From an uncultured virus (IMG/VR IMGVR_UViG_3300044627_003678) (lineage: Duplodnaviria > Heunggongvirae > Uroviricota > Caudoviricetes): a DNA stretch of 64,000 nt. The stretch lies in IMG/VR virus record IMGVR_UViG_3300044627_003678, one strand, 5' to 3'. The position numbers and the translations under genes are program-made. Below, piece after piece: positions 1 through 9,009 of this stretch. The notes beneath the pieces were generated by a model, which was not told where the DNA came from, searched no databases, and worked only from the letters and a program-made list of their open reading frames with translations. The first letter of the stretch is position 1; every line of letters starts with the position of its first letter.

Positions 1-866
1 TAATTGAGGCTAAAAGATTAAATCTTAAAGTATTGCTGCCACACATTAATGAGTCAGATGTATATTTTTCATTAAAAGAAAAAGCAATTCAATTTGGTTT
101 AGCTGAAGTTAAATTTATCTCAGACAGTATTGCAAATAAAATTATAGAGAGAAGACCATATGCCGATTATTCCGATTTCGTACAAAAAGCCTCTGCGAAA
201 GGCAGCGGGATTAACAGTAGGGCTGTATCTGCTCTTAATGCTATTGGCGGTGCTGCTTTTGAGGACAATCCCAGAGACGGTAAGGAAAAAGAAAGCTACT
301 ACGAATACTTAGGTATTCCTACATTTAATTTAGAATCAATACCTCCAAGAATTAAAGCTCAGGCAAAACCAATTCAAGATTTTGATGATTTAGGATCATT
401 CCCAATGTTCGGAATGGTTAAAAGTATTAAGCGTGGTACTGGGTGGGCAAGAGTAGAATTAGTAGATGAAACTGGATCAATAGGTTTATTCCATAATGAG
501 CAGACCCAAATTGAAACAGGGCAGATGTATTTTATTCTTGTTGGAGATAATCGTATTGCAAGGTATATTAAAGTAAATGACATAGATCCAAATGGGTCAG
601 ATCTTTTTGTAGACTACTTATATAGAAAAGAATATGACTTAGAAGATGATGAACAACTAGTTATTAACTTTAATCCATATAAGACTAAGGCTGGCAAAAC
701 AATGGCGCATATTGTTATGACAGATAAAAATAAACAGCTCACACGAGCAATAGCATTCCCAGCAATGTATGCTAAGGTGTTAGCAAGAATGCGTGAAGGA
801 ATGAAAAGCAAGCCTGTTCTATCAAAACTAGATGATGGAACCCTAATGATAAAGGAAATAAAATGA
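1..866 (+). CDS. dnaE: DNA polymerase III alpha subunit, C-terminal part (5' truncated by window)
   Basis: LPHINES..FS, IQFGLAEVKFI (HhH), ERRPYADYSDF and an OB fold (ELVDETGSI) typical of the DnaE C-terminus. Confidence 0.9.
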   Translation, partial: IEAKRLNLKVLLPHINESDVYFSLKEKAIQFGLAEVKFISDSIANKIIERRPYADYSDFVQKASAKGSGINSRAVSALNAIGGAAFEDNPRDGKEKESYYEYLGIPTFNLESIPPRIKAQAKPIQDFDDLGSFPMFGMVKSIKRGTGWARVELVDETGSIGLFHNEQTQIETGQMYFILVGDNRIARYIKVNDIDPNGSDLFVDYLYRKEYDLEDDEQLVINFNPYKTKAGKTMAHIVMTDKNKQLTRAIAFPAMYAKVLARMREGMKSKPVLSKLDDGTLMIKEIK

Positions 867-1099
867 CACAAGCCCCAGATGAAGTATTTAAATCTATGAA
901 TATCACAAAAATTTTGTTAGCTATTTTAGAAAATCAAAAAATAATTAATGTACCAATTGATATTTTTATTAATGCTGGTGTTGAAGAAAAAGGTTTAAAT
1001 GTTGAATATAATGAAGAAACAAAAGAATTTGTATTCCAATTAAAGGAGAAAATTGAACAACCAACTGCTAATCAGGATGTTGCTACAGAATCAAATTGA
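863..1099 (+). CDS. hypothetical protein
   Basis: ORF overlapping the dnaE stop (ATGA-type coupling), AAGGA SD. Confidence 0.7.
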   Translation: MTQAPDEVFKSMNITKILLAILENQKIINVPIDIFINAGVEEKGLNVEYNEETKEFVFQLKEKIEQPTANQDVATESN

Positions 1100-1183
1100 T
1101 TATCCATTGACTAATATTCAATATAGTAGATCAATTGATTTTTGCTATAAAAAAACAGAGTCTTGTTTTAATGGTATAATCTT

Positions 1184-1513
1184 ATGATGAATCAAGATGA
1201 AATTAAAATAATTTTTGAAAATTTACGAGCAACTACTGCATTTGTAGCAATATTAAAACATCAGGGCAAGATATCGGTTCCAGCGGATACCTTTAAAGAA
1301 CTACTTAAAGAACAGGTGTGGCCTAATGATTTTATAACCAATAATGGAAGTGCAATGTGCGTAACATATAATAAAGATTTAAATGAATTTGGTTTTGAAT
1401 TAATGTACGAAGACGACGGATATAGACCAGATAATGCAATAGGATTTCAATGTACTAGAGGAAATAAAGAAGTAGGTTTTGTAGATTACAACAGCCCATA
1501 CTATAGAAAGTAG
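1184..1513 (+). CDS. hypothetical protein, paralog of 863..1099
   Basis: shares AIL..Q..I.VP...F and Y N....EF.F.L motifs; TGGTATAAT immediately upstream (leaderless). Confidence 0.65.
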   Translation: MMNQDEIKIIFENLRATTAFVAILKHQGKISVPADTFKELLKEQVWPNDFITNNGSAMCVTYNKDLNEFGFELMYEDDGYRPDNAIGFQCTRGNKEVGFVDYNSPYYRK

Positions 1514-1519
1514 TTGTAA

Positions 1520-2524
1520 ATGAATTTAGATATAGAAAATATTTTAAGCAAATTAGATACAAAAACAAGAGCAAGGGTACAGTCAGCTCAAGATATAAAA
1601 GTAGAAAAACAACTTACGCCAAGTATTGGTCTTAATATGGCATTAAAAGGTGGACTTGGCTTTGGAAGACAAGTATTAGTTTGGGGCAATAAGTCTGCTG
1701 GTAAATCTTCGTTTTGTTTGCAAATGATTGCAATGGCACAAAAAGAAGGTAAATCTTGTGCATGGATAGATGCAGAAGCATCATATGATCAATCTTGGGC
1801 CGAACAACTTGGAGTAGATTCATCTAAATTAATATACTCATCTGCAAAAACAGTAAATGATATGGTAGACGTAGCAACAAAATTAATGGAAGCAGAGGTT
1901 GACATTATTGTCGTAGACTCTATATCAGCGTTACTCCCAGCAATTTATTTTGAAAAGGATGGAAATGAATTAAAAGATTTGCAAGATACAAAACAAATAG
2001 GTGCAGAAGCAAAAGATATGACGCATGCAGTTAAGATGTTAAACTATTCCAATAAAAATACATTACTTGTTTTAATTTCTCAACAAAGAAATCAATTTGG
2101 ATCTATGCATGCTTCACATATACCAACGGGAGGAATGGCAGTAAAATTCTTTTCTTCTACCGTTATTAAACTTTGGTCTTCCGAAGCTGAGGCTAACGCT
2201 ATTAAAGACGGAGTTAAAGTTGGAGATAAAATTATTGAACAAAGAGTAGGAAGGCCAGTTAATTGGATTATTGATTATAATAAACTTGGTCCGCCAAATT
2301 TGTCTGGGCAGTATGATTTTTATTATCAAGGAGAAACTTTAGGAGTAGATCAAGTAGGAGAGTCTCTAGATGTTGCAGAAATGTGTGGCATTGTAGAAAA
2401 AGGTGGCGCCTGGTATACAGTTAATGGAGAAAGATTTCAAGGTCGTGCTAAAGCAGTTGCGTATTTAAAAGAAAATCCAAAGGTTGTTGATAAATTAGTT
2501 AAGGATATAAATGCCAAATCTTAA
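1520..2524 (+). CDS. recA: RecA/UvsX recombinase
   Basis: Walker A GNKSAGKS, WIDAEAS, IIVVDSISAL (Walker B), PTGGMAVKF, KGGAWY. Confidence 0.95.
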   Translation: MNLDIENILSKLDTKTRARVQSAQDIKVEKQLTPSIGLNMALKGGLGFGRQVLVWGNKSAGKSSFCLQMIAMAQKEGKSCAWIDAEASYDQSWAEQLGVDSSKLIYSSAKTVNDMVDVATKLMEAEVDIIVVDSISALLPAIYFEKDGNELKDLQDTKQIGAEAKDMTHAVKMLNYSNKNTLLVLISQQRNQFGSMHASHIPTGGMAVKFFSSTVIKLWSSEAEANAIKDGVKVGDKIIEQRVGRPVNWIIDYNKLGPPNLSGQYDFYYQGETLGVDQVGESLDVAEMCGIVEKGGAWYTVNGERFQGRAKAVAYLKENPKVVDKLVKDINAKS

Positions 2525-2702
2525 AGAATTTTTTAATAAACCTGAAATTTTACAAAAAAACGGAGTTGAAGAAATACCTGGAACAAAGCCATGCTCTAAG
2601 TGTAATAAAGATGCAGAGAAAGCATTTTGGGATCCAGCAACATTTACTATTTCTTGGAAATGTCCAGATGGACACAACAATCAATTTAAGGTTAATGGCT
2701 AA
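2511..2702 (+). CDS. small zinc-ribbon protein
   Basis: CSKC...CPDGH; coupled to neighbouring genes. Confidence 0.6.
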   Translation: MPNLKEFFNKPEILQKNGVEEIPGTKPCSKCNKDAEKAFWDPATFTISWKCPDGHNNQFKVNG

Positions 2703-3010
2703 TGTCAGAAAGATCAGAGGCTAAAAGAGATGGCGCAAGACAACAAAAAAATAGTGGACGTGGTGATTATCAAAAGGGTGACGCTCAATGGAAAAATTTC
2801 GTGGTGGATTATAAAGAGTACGAAAAATCAATCTCTATTTCAAAAAGTATTTGGGCTAAGATATGTACAGATACTTTTAAAGTTAGCAGGGATAAGAATC
2901 CAGTACTCAAACTCATCCTTGGCCCATCTAGTAGCAAAATCAGGTTGGCAGTAATTGAATGGGCTTTGTTAGAACAATTAATACAATGCTGGGAGGAAAA
3001 AAATGAATAA
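2702..3010 (+). CDS. PD-(D/E)XK Holliday junction resolvase-like protein
   Basis: SE...NSGRG...KGDA...VVDYKE pattern of phage resolvases. Confidence 0.7.
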   Translation: MSERSEAKRDGARQQKNSGRGDYQKGDAQWKNFVVDYKEYEKSISISKSIWAKICTDTFKVSRDKNPVLKLILGPSSSKIRLAVIEWALLEQLIQCWEEKNE

Positions 3011-3959
3011 AATAAATATCATGCCACAAGTTACTGTATACAGAGATGTGCTTTCTGAAAAAGATATACAGTTATTATTAAAAGAAATACGTGAGTCACA
3101 AGATCAAATTATAGATGCACATAAAACCACACCAGAAGAGTCTGCATACTTAGACCATCATGGACTACAGCCACAAAAAAGAAATGATAATACTTTAATA
3201 TATACTTGGACACCATGGTATACGTTTGGCATAAGAAGTGTGTGGTCTGATTCAAATGACGTTACAAAAAGTAAAAAGGAACACGTAGATGGATTTAGGT
3301 TAATTAAAAATGCTATTAAAAAAGTTCATAATGATTATTTAAATGATTGGAAAGATAATGGTAAATGGACTTATAAAATAAATGATTGGGATATTGATGC
3401 TGAAGAAAAGCCTGACGCAAGTAATATGATATTGTCTACTTTTGAACTACTTCAGCATAAATTAAATTTAGAAGAAGATTATAATATACAGGTACATACT
3501 GATTGGCATAATCATAGAAGTGAAGAGCCTGGTCCAAAACAAATTATTACATATACAATTTATTTAAACGATGACTATGAAGGCGGAGAAGTAGATTTTG
3601 TTGATGAGGAAAATAAAAAAGTTTTTGTGTACAAACCAAAAAGGGGAGACATAACAGTGTTTCCTTCAGGAAGACCATTTTGGCATGGAGCACGATCAGT
3701 AAAATCAGATCCAAATAAAATATTTATAAGAACTTTTTCAATTTTTAGATATCCAGGCAGTCAAGAATGGATGTATGGGGCAAGCTCACATGGAATTGCT
3801 AAATGGATGGATATGGAAAATGAAAGAGTTAAATCTATTATTGACGGTGGAGAAGTTGGCAGACAACTTGTTTATAAAGGAGAAGAAGTAAATTTAAGTA
3901 AAGTAGTTTTACCAATATACGTTGAGTCAGAGGTTTATATAGACGGAAGGGATATTTAA
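3003..3959 (+). CDS. 2OG-Fe(II) oxygenase (prolyl-4-hydroxylase-like)
   Basis: HTD...YLNDDYEGGE...PKRGDITVFPS...HG. Confidence 0.85.
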   Translation: MNKINIMPQVTVYRDVLSEKDIQLLLKEIRESQDQIIDAHKTTPEESAYLDHHGLQPQKRNDNTLIYTWTPWYTFGIRSVWSDSNDVTKSKKEHVDGFRLIKNAIKKVHNDYLNDWKDNGKWTYKINDWDIDAEEKPDASNMILSTFELLQHKLNLEEDYNIQVHTDWHNHRSEEPGPKQIITYTIYLNDDYEGGEVDFVDEENKKVFVYKPKRGDITVFPSGRPFWHGARSVKSDPNKIFIRTFSIFRYPGSQEWMYGASSHGIAKWMDMENERVKSIIDGGEVGRQLVYKGEEVNLSKVVLPIYVESEVYIDGRDI

Positions 3960-3963
3960 TAAA

Positions 3964-4089
3964 ATGGGAAATAATAATAAAATACCTTTTAATAAAACAA
4001 TTATTAAAAATGGTAGAATTATAAGACTTAGAAAAGATGGTACTGTTAAAGCCGATCTTGGTCCATATAAAGTAAAAAAGGATAAATAG
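3964..4089 (+). CDS. small basic protein (41 aa, not in ORF track)
   Basis: MGNNNKIPFNKTIIKNGRIIRLRKDGTVKADLGPYKVKKDK fills the gap and is coupled to the next gene. Confidence 0.6.
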   Translation: MGNNNKIPFNKTIIKNGRIIRLRKDGTVKADLGPYKVKKDK

Positions 4090-4424
4090 TGGAAGATAAA
4101 AATACATTAGAGTTAATTAATTCTATTACTGAGTTTAACGATCTTCATGAGTACATGAATGATGAGCAGTTAGATAAAGCGTTGGCTATTGTAGTAAAGT
4201 TATTAATGAACCCAGATGTTCCATCTGCTAAAGCACCATATTTAATTATAGAGCTTCAAGCCATGTCTACTAAATTTTCTATGATGGCTTCAGTATATTC
4301 CACAATTGCAAAAGACAAGGCTGGAACCGTAAACAATAATAAGAAAAACATTTACTATTCAGCAAAGGAGTCCATAGACAAACTTGTAGATGCACTTAAG
4401 TATGTCGTTAGGTATAGCTCATAA
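4089..4424 (+). CDS. hypothetical phage protein
   Basis: operon-coupled ORF. Confidence 0.7.
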   Translation: MEDKNTLELINSITEFNDLHEYMNDEQLDKALAIVVKLLMNPDVPSAKAPYLIIELQAMSTKFSMMASVYSTIAKDKAGTVNNNKKNIYYSAKESIDKLVDALKYVVRYSS

Positions 4425-5209
4425 TGGGTAGAGATATAGTAAAAAATCTTAAATTTAAAAAACATACGGGAAAGCATTTCGACCCAGAACGATTTGCACA
4501 ATTGCTTGATGAATCATATAGAAATACAAAACGTGCTGATGGAGAAATGACAAAGAAGTCTTTTAGTCCAAGTTCTTTAGGGTATGGTCATGGAACTTGC
4601 CCAAGATATTGGTACATGGCTTTTTCTGGCGCAATGTTTATTGACGACAACGATGCTGTTGCAGTTGCCAACATGGCACAAGGTACGCAAGCCCATGAAA
4701 GACTACAAAATTTAATTAAAACAATGCCAGAATGGAGAGCGGAAGAAGAAGAGATAGTAAATGAATATCCTCCAATCCGTGGCTTTATAGATTTAATTAT
4801 GGAATACGATAATGAAACAGTAATTGGTGAAATTAAAACTGCCAAACAAGAGGTTTGGGATGGAAGACAATCAGAGATGAAGCCGACTGCAAATCATTTG
4901 CTTCAACTGTTAACTTATATGAAATTAAAAAATGCTAAAGAAGGATTCTTTTTGTATGAAAACAAAAACACCCAAGAGCTTATAGTAATACCAGTTTCAA
5001 TGAATGAAAAAAATACTAAAATTATTGAAGATACTTTTTTATGGATGCGTGAGGTTTGGGATAATTTTAAAGACGGAGACCTACCAATGCGCCCAAAGGG
5101 ATCATCTAAATCTAAAATGCCTTGTACCTATTGTCCAATTAAAAAGGAATGCTACTCAGGCCTAATAGGAACAGTACAGATAGATCAATATGAGGTTCCT
5201 AAAATATGA
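4424..5209 (+). CDS. Cas4-like PD-(D/E)XK exonuclease with Fe-S cysteines
   Basis: CPR...GTQAHE...GFID...EIKT...QLLTYM...CTYCPIKKEC. Confidence 0.9.
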   Translation: MGRDIVKNLKFKKHTGKHFDPERFAQLLDESYRNTKRADGEMTKKSFSPSSLGYGHGTCPRYWYMAFSGAMFIDDNDAVAVANMAQGTQAHERLQNLIKTMPEWRAEEEEIVNEYPPIRGFIDLIMEYDNETVIGEIKTAKQEVWDGRQSEMKPTANHLLQLLTYMKLKNAKEGFFLYENKNTQELIVIPVSMNEKNTKIIEDTFLWMREVWDNFKDGDLPMRPKGSSKSKMPCTYCPIKKECYSGLIGTVQIDQYEVPKI

Positions 5210-5484
5210 TCTGTTTAAATAAAGAATGTAATAAAGACTTCAATCCAAAAACACATAATCAAAAATATTGTACTGATGAATGCTGCAGGATTGCAACCAA
5301 CAAAAGAATTATGGAAAAGTATTACGAAAAAAAAGCTATTAAGAATGGCGCAGTTAGATCTTGTAAACATTGTAAAACAAAACTAAGTAGATATAATCAA
5401 AATGATATTTGTGCTACATGTGAAAAAAATATAACATATGAAAGTAAAAAAATGATATGGGGTATATTAGGTGAACTTAGCTAG
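5206..5484 (+). CDS. Cys-rich zinc-finger protein
   Basis: CLNKEC...YCTDECC...CKHC...CATC. Confidence 0.7.
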   Translation: MICLNKECNKDFNPKTHNQKYCTDECCRIATNKRIMEKYYEKKAIKNGAVRSCKHCKTKLSRYNQNDICATCEKNITYESKKMIWGILGELS

Positions 5485-6037
5485 CCTAGTTAAAACAAAA
5501 GCATATCGTGTACTAGGCATAGATGCCTCCACTACTTCAGTTGCGTTTTGTTTAATGGAAAATAATATTCCTTTAAAATGGGGGAAAATTGAATTATCTG
5601 GTGCAGACATATATGAAAAAATACATGATGCAAAGATTAAAGTAGCAGCAATGTTAGATAATTTAAAGTCAGATTATATCGTAGTAGAAGGAGCAATCCT
5701 TGTCAGATCACCTGATGCTGTGATAAAATTATCATATGTATATGGAGTTGTTATTGCTGAGCTTATGTCTACTGGCGCTAAGGTTATTACTATTAGCCCA
5801 TCCTCGTGGCAGGCGTTCATTGGCAACAAAAATCCAACGAAAGATGAAAAGTCTGCAATAAGATTAAAAAATCCTGGTTATGCAGATTCTTGGTATAAAA
5901 ATCAATTACGCAATATGCGTAAACAAAGAACTGTAGATTATTTTAATAATAAATATAAATTATCATTAACAGATTTTGACGTAGCAGATGCATTTGGCAT
6001 CGCACATTATTCAAATGAGGTGTTAACTAAACGATGA
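5471..6037 (+). CDS. ruvC: RuvC-like resolvase/endonuclease
   Basis: VLGIDAS, IVVEG, DVADAFGIA catalytic motifs. Confidence 0.85.
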   Translation: MNLASLVKTKAYRVLGIDASTTSVAFCLMENNIPLKWGKIELSGADIYEKIHDAKIKVAAMLDNLKSDYIVVEGAILVRSPDAVIKLSYVYGVVIAELMSTGAKVITISPSSWQAFIGNKNPTKDEKSAIRLKNPGYADSWYKNQLRNMRKQRTVDYFNNKYKLSLTDFDVADAFGIAHYSNEVLTKR

Positions 6038-6180
6038 AGCTATATCAAAGCAAAGACTGGCTATATCGTAGATATATTGTTCAAAAGAAAACAGTTACTG
6101 AAATTGCTATAGAGTGCAGTGTTTCTGCTATGACAATACAAAGATACTTAGACCAGTTTGGTTTAATTAAAAGGAGATAA
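6034..6180 (+). CDS. small HTH DNA-binding protein (48 aa, not in ORF track)
   Basis: MKLYQSKDWLYRRYIVQKKTVTEIAIECSVSAMTIQRYLDQFGL; ATGA overlap with ruvC. Confidence 0.75.
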   Translation: MKLYQSKDWLYRRYIVQKKTVTEIAIECSVSAMTIQRYLDQFGLIKRR

Positions 6181-6181
6181 T

Positions 6182-6943
6182 ATGAGTATAGAAAAAAAGA
6201 TCTGGCAGACTTACGAAACAATTTTTGATGAATTGCCAATTTACGCTAAAGAAAGCGTAGGGACATGGACTCATCAAAATCCAGGATGGGCTTATGGCTA
6301 CATGAGTGGACAAGACAGGGAAAACTTCTTTAAGGAACACTTCGACTCAAAAACATATGAGACCTATGTAAACCTGCCTTTAGGAGTAATGAAAGCTGGC
6401 TTATGGAGATTTGCTATTCTTTATATTCACGGTGGGGTATATACAGACATGGACACACACTGCAAGACTCCAATAGATACTTGGTTAAGCCCTGAATACG
6501 ATATGATTTTAGATATCGAAAGGGATACCCCATGGCTAGCAACTCAAACAATTGCCGCTAAAGCTGGGCATCCGCTACTAAAAGCAGCTATAGACCTTTG
6601 TGTTGAAAGATGTTCTGAAGGAATTATTCAACATAATCATATGGTTCATTACTATACTGATGTTCAAATGTTTACAGATGCACTATATAAAAAATTAGGC
6701 GTTGAGCCTTATCAAAAACATATCAATGAGTGGGCCACAGAACTTATGGAAATGGATTTTTTAAAAGAAAATAAAGTAAAAATTCTTTGTGGAGAAGAAG
6801 CCAGAAGACTATTAGATAAAGATGTAGTCCATCTTTATTGGGGAGATGACAGAGAAGCAGGATGGATTGCTTGGAAAAAAGATCCTCGTGTAAATGAATC
6901 TTATCCTAATGGATTTAATCCTCATGAATGGGAAAAAGAATGA
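6182..6943 (+). CDS. glycosyltransferase, GT32/OCH1-like DXD family
   Basis: IEKKIWQT, WRFAILYIHGGVYTDMD, AAKAGHPLL. Confidence 0.85.
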   Translation: MSIEKKIWQTYETIFDELPIYAKESVGTWTHQNPGWAYGYMSGQDRENFFKEHFDSKTYETYVNLPLGVMKAGLWRFAILYIHGGVYTDMDTHCKTPIDTWLSPEYDMILDIERDTPWLATQTIAAKAGHPLLKAAIDLCVERCSEGIIQHNHMVHYYTDVQMFTDALYKKLGVEPYQKHINEWATELMEMDFLKENKVKILCGEEARRLLDKDVVHLYWGDDREAGWIAWKKDPRVNESYPNGFNPHEWEKE

Positions 6944-7602
6944 GTGTTATAGGAGTATTGCCAGCATCTGGAAAAGCTTCTAGAATTGGTGGCATTCCTA
7001 AATTTTGTTTACCTATATCAGATGAAAGATCTCTTTTACAATGGCACGTAGAACAAATGCTTGAAGTGTGTGATGAGGTTAGAGTATCTACAAGAGCTGA
7101 GTGGGTTCCAATTATTCAAAATATGGACATGAATATTAAACTAATTGTTCGTGAGCCTTCAACAATGTCAGATGCAGTAAAGTTTATGGTGGGCGAGTAT
7201 AACGATACAGTGCTTATTGGAATGCCAGATACATATATATTAAACGCACCTGGAAATATATACAAGCCTCTATTTAAAGACAATACTGCCGACCTTGTTC
7301 TGGGAATTTGGGAATGCGGAGAAGTATTAAAGGGACGTGTCGGTCAAGTTTTAGTATCCCAAGATAAAGTAATTGGTTCAGAAGACAAGGTAGATAATTG
7401 TGATTACCCAGATATGTGGGGCACTATGCTATTCCGAAAGAATATGATAAGATACATAGATACAACACTAGATCATCCAGGAAAACAATTAAAGGAATGG
7501 ATATCTAGGGGTTCTAATATTAAGGCGGTAAGACCAGGCGGACAGTATATGGATATTGGAACGCTAAGAGGACTTAAACAATTATATAAAGAAATGGAAT
7601 AG
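6940..7602 (+). CDS. sugar-phosphate nucleotidyltransferase (NTP_transferase)
   Basis: GVLPASGKASRIGGIPKFCLPI, GMPD, YMDIGT. Confidence 0.85.
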   Translation: MSVIGVLPASGKASRIGGIPKFCLPISDERSLLQWHVEQMLEVCDEVRVSTRAEWVPIIQNMDMNIKLIVREPSTMSDAVKFMVGEYNDTVLIGMPDTYILNAPGNIYKPLFKDNTADLVLGIWECGEVLKGRVGQVLVSQDKVIGSEDKVDNCDYPDMWGTMLFRKNMIRYIDTTLDHPGKQLKEWISRGSNIKAVRPGGQYMDIGTLRGLKQLYKEME

Positions 7603-7604
7603 TA

Positions 7605-7928
7605 ATGCTAAAACCAGTATATAAAGATGTTAAAAATTTTCATTATGATGATTTATATCTACATGCCGTATCAGCGCCAGCTGGACATAAAATTTTAAAT
7701 GCATGCTTAGAGGTTGCTCAAATGCTTATTGAAAAAAACATATCTTATGGAAATTCAGCATTAGATCCCATTAGAATATTTTCAACGGCGGATTCAACAG
7801 AGCAATTAAAGGTTCGTATTGATGATAAATTAAATAGGGTTAAAAATAATCAAGGATTTGCAGGAGACAATGACATAGATGACCTAATTGGGTATCTATT
7901 GTTGTATAAAATAGCCAAATCTAATTGA
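7605..7928 (+). CDS. nucleotide-modification-associated (DUF1599/Nmad1-like) helical protein
   Basis: KNISYGNS...VRIDDKLNR...DIDDLIGYLLL. Confidence 0.6.
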   Translation: MLKPVYKDVKNFHYDDLYLHAVSAPAGHKILNACLEVAQMLIEKNISYGNSALDPIRIFSTADSTEQLKVRIDDKLNRVKNNQGFAGDNDIDDLIGYLLLYKIAKSN

Positions 7929-7961
7929 CTTTTTAGTCAACTAGAATTATAATACATATAT

Positions 7962-8504
7962 ATGGAAATTGAATTATCAGATCATTTTGATCGAATGAAT
8001 AAAGTTGTTGCCGAACTTTTAAAGGGCAATAATCCGACCCAGATTGCCTCTCTAACGGGCTATAAGCGATCAGACGTAGTAGAACTTATAGACGAGTGGA
8101 AAACCGTCGTATACAACGATACAAGCTCTAAGGAACGGGCTAAGGAAGCCATCTCAGGAGCGGACCAACATTATTCTATGTTAATTAAAGAAGCCTGGAA
8201 AACAGTAGAGGATGCAGATCAGGCAGGCCAATTAAATGTTAAAGCCAATGCCCTTAAATTAATTTCAGATATTGAAACTAAAAGAATTGCCATGCTTAAA
8301 GAAGTTGGTCTATTAGATAATGCCGAAATGGCATCCCAGATTGCAGAAACTGAAAGAAAACAAGAAATACTTGTTAATATATTAAAAGAAGTAACTTCTT
8401 CATGCCCTAAGTGCAAAATGGATGTTGCGAAACGAATTTCACAAATAACTGGTGTAGTGGAATCAGTAGTAATTGATGTAGAAAATAATAAAAATGTTTC
8501 TTGA
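7962..8504 (+). CDS. HTH protein, possible terminase small subunit
   Basis: N-terminal HTH (GNNPTQIASLTG), helical body, position upstream of terL. Confidence 0.55.
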   Translation: MEIELSDHFDRMNKVVAELLKGNNPTQIASLTGYKRSDVVELIDEWKTVVYNDTSSKERAKEAISGADQHYSMLIKEAWKTVEDADQAGQLNVKANALKLISDIETKRIAMLKEVGLLDNAEMASQIAETERKQEILVNILKEVTSSCPKCKMDVAKRISQITGVVESVVIDVENNKNVS

Positions 8505-9009
8505 TTTAGGATTTACTGAATTAGGTAAAGATATATATTTATATAAAAAATTTGTTTCAAATGAGGAATGCAAACAAATTGTTAAAATTGTAGATTCAAT
8601 GAAAAAAGATGAATTTAATTGGCTAGATAGTGAAACATGTGTTACAAAACAAATACCAGAAATTGATAGTATTAAAAAAAGATTTATAAATATTTTAGAT
8701 AATAAATTGAAAATTGGCGATAATTCAAACATTGTAATTATGTCGAAAGGCTCCTCTCTCGGCACACATTCAGACGATCACGACTTTAAGTATTCTTCAG
8801 AAAATATAATTTATGGGATGGTAATATATTTTAATGAATTTGATGGTGGAGAAATATATTATCCTACACAAAATATAGAGTATAAACCACAACCTGGAGA
8901 CTTAATTATTCATAGTGCAAAATCACATTGTTTACATGGAGTTAAAGAAGTAAAAAATAATGCTAGATATTGTCACTCAAATCATATATATGAAATTAAG
9001 GATATATAA
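8494..9009 (+). CDS. 2OG-Fe(II) oxygenase
   Basis: HSD...YFNEFDGGEIYYP...PQPGDLIIH...HGVKEV...RY. Confidence 0.85.
   Translation: MFLDLGFTELGKDIYLYKKFVSNEECKQIVKIVDSMKKDEFNWLDSETCVTKQIPEIDSIKKRFINILDNKLKIGDNSNIVIMSKGSSLGTHSDDHDFKYSSENIIYGMVIYFNEFDGGEIYYPTQNIEYKPQPGDLIIHSAKSHCLHGVKEVKNNARYCHSNHIYEIKDI

Noticed and set aside
4424..5209. CRISPR-Cas system suggested by the Cas4-like gene
   Set aside because: No cas1/cas2 and no repeat-spacer array seen; stand-alone Cas4-like nucleases are common in phage recombination modules
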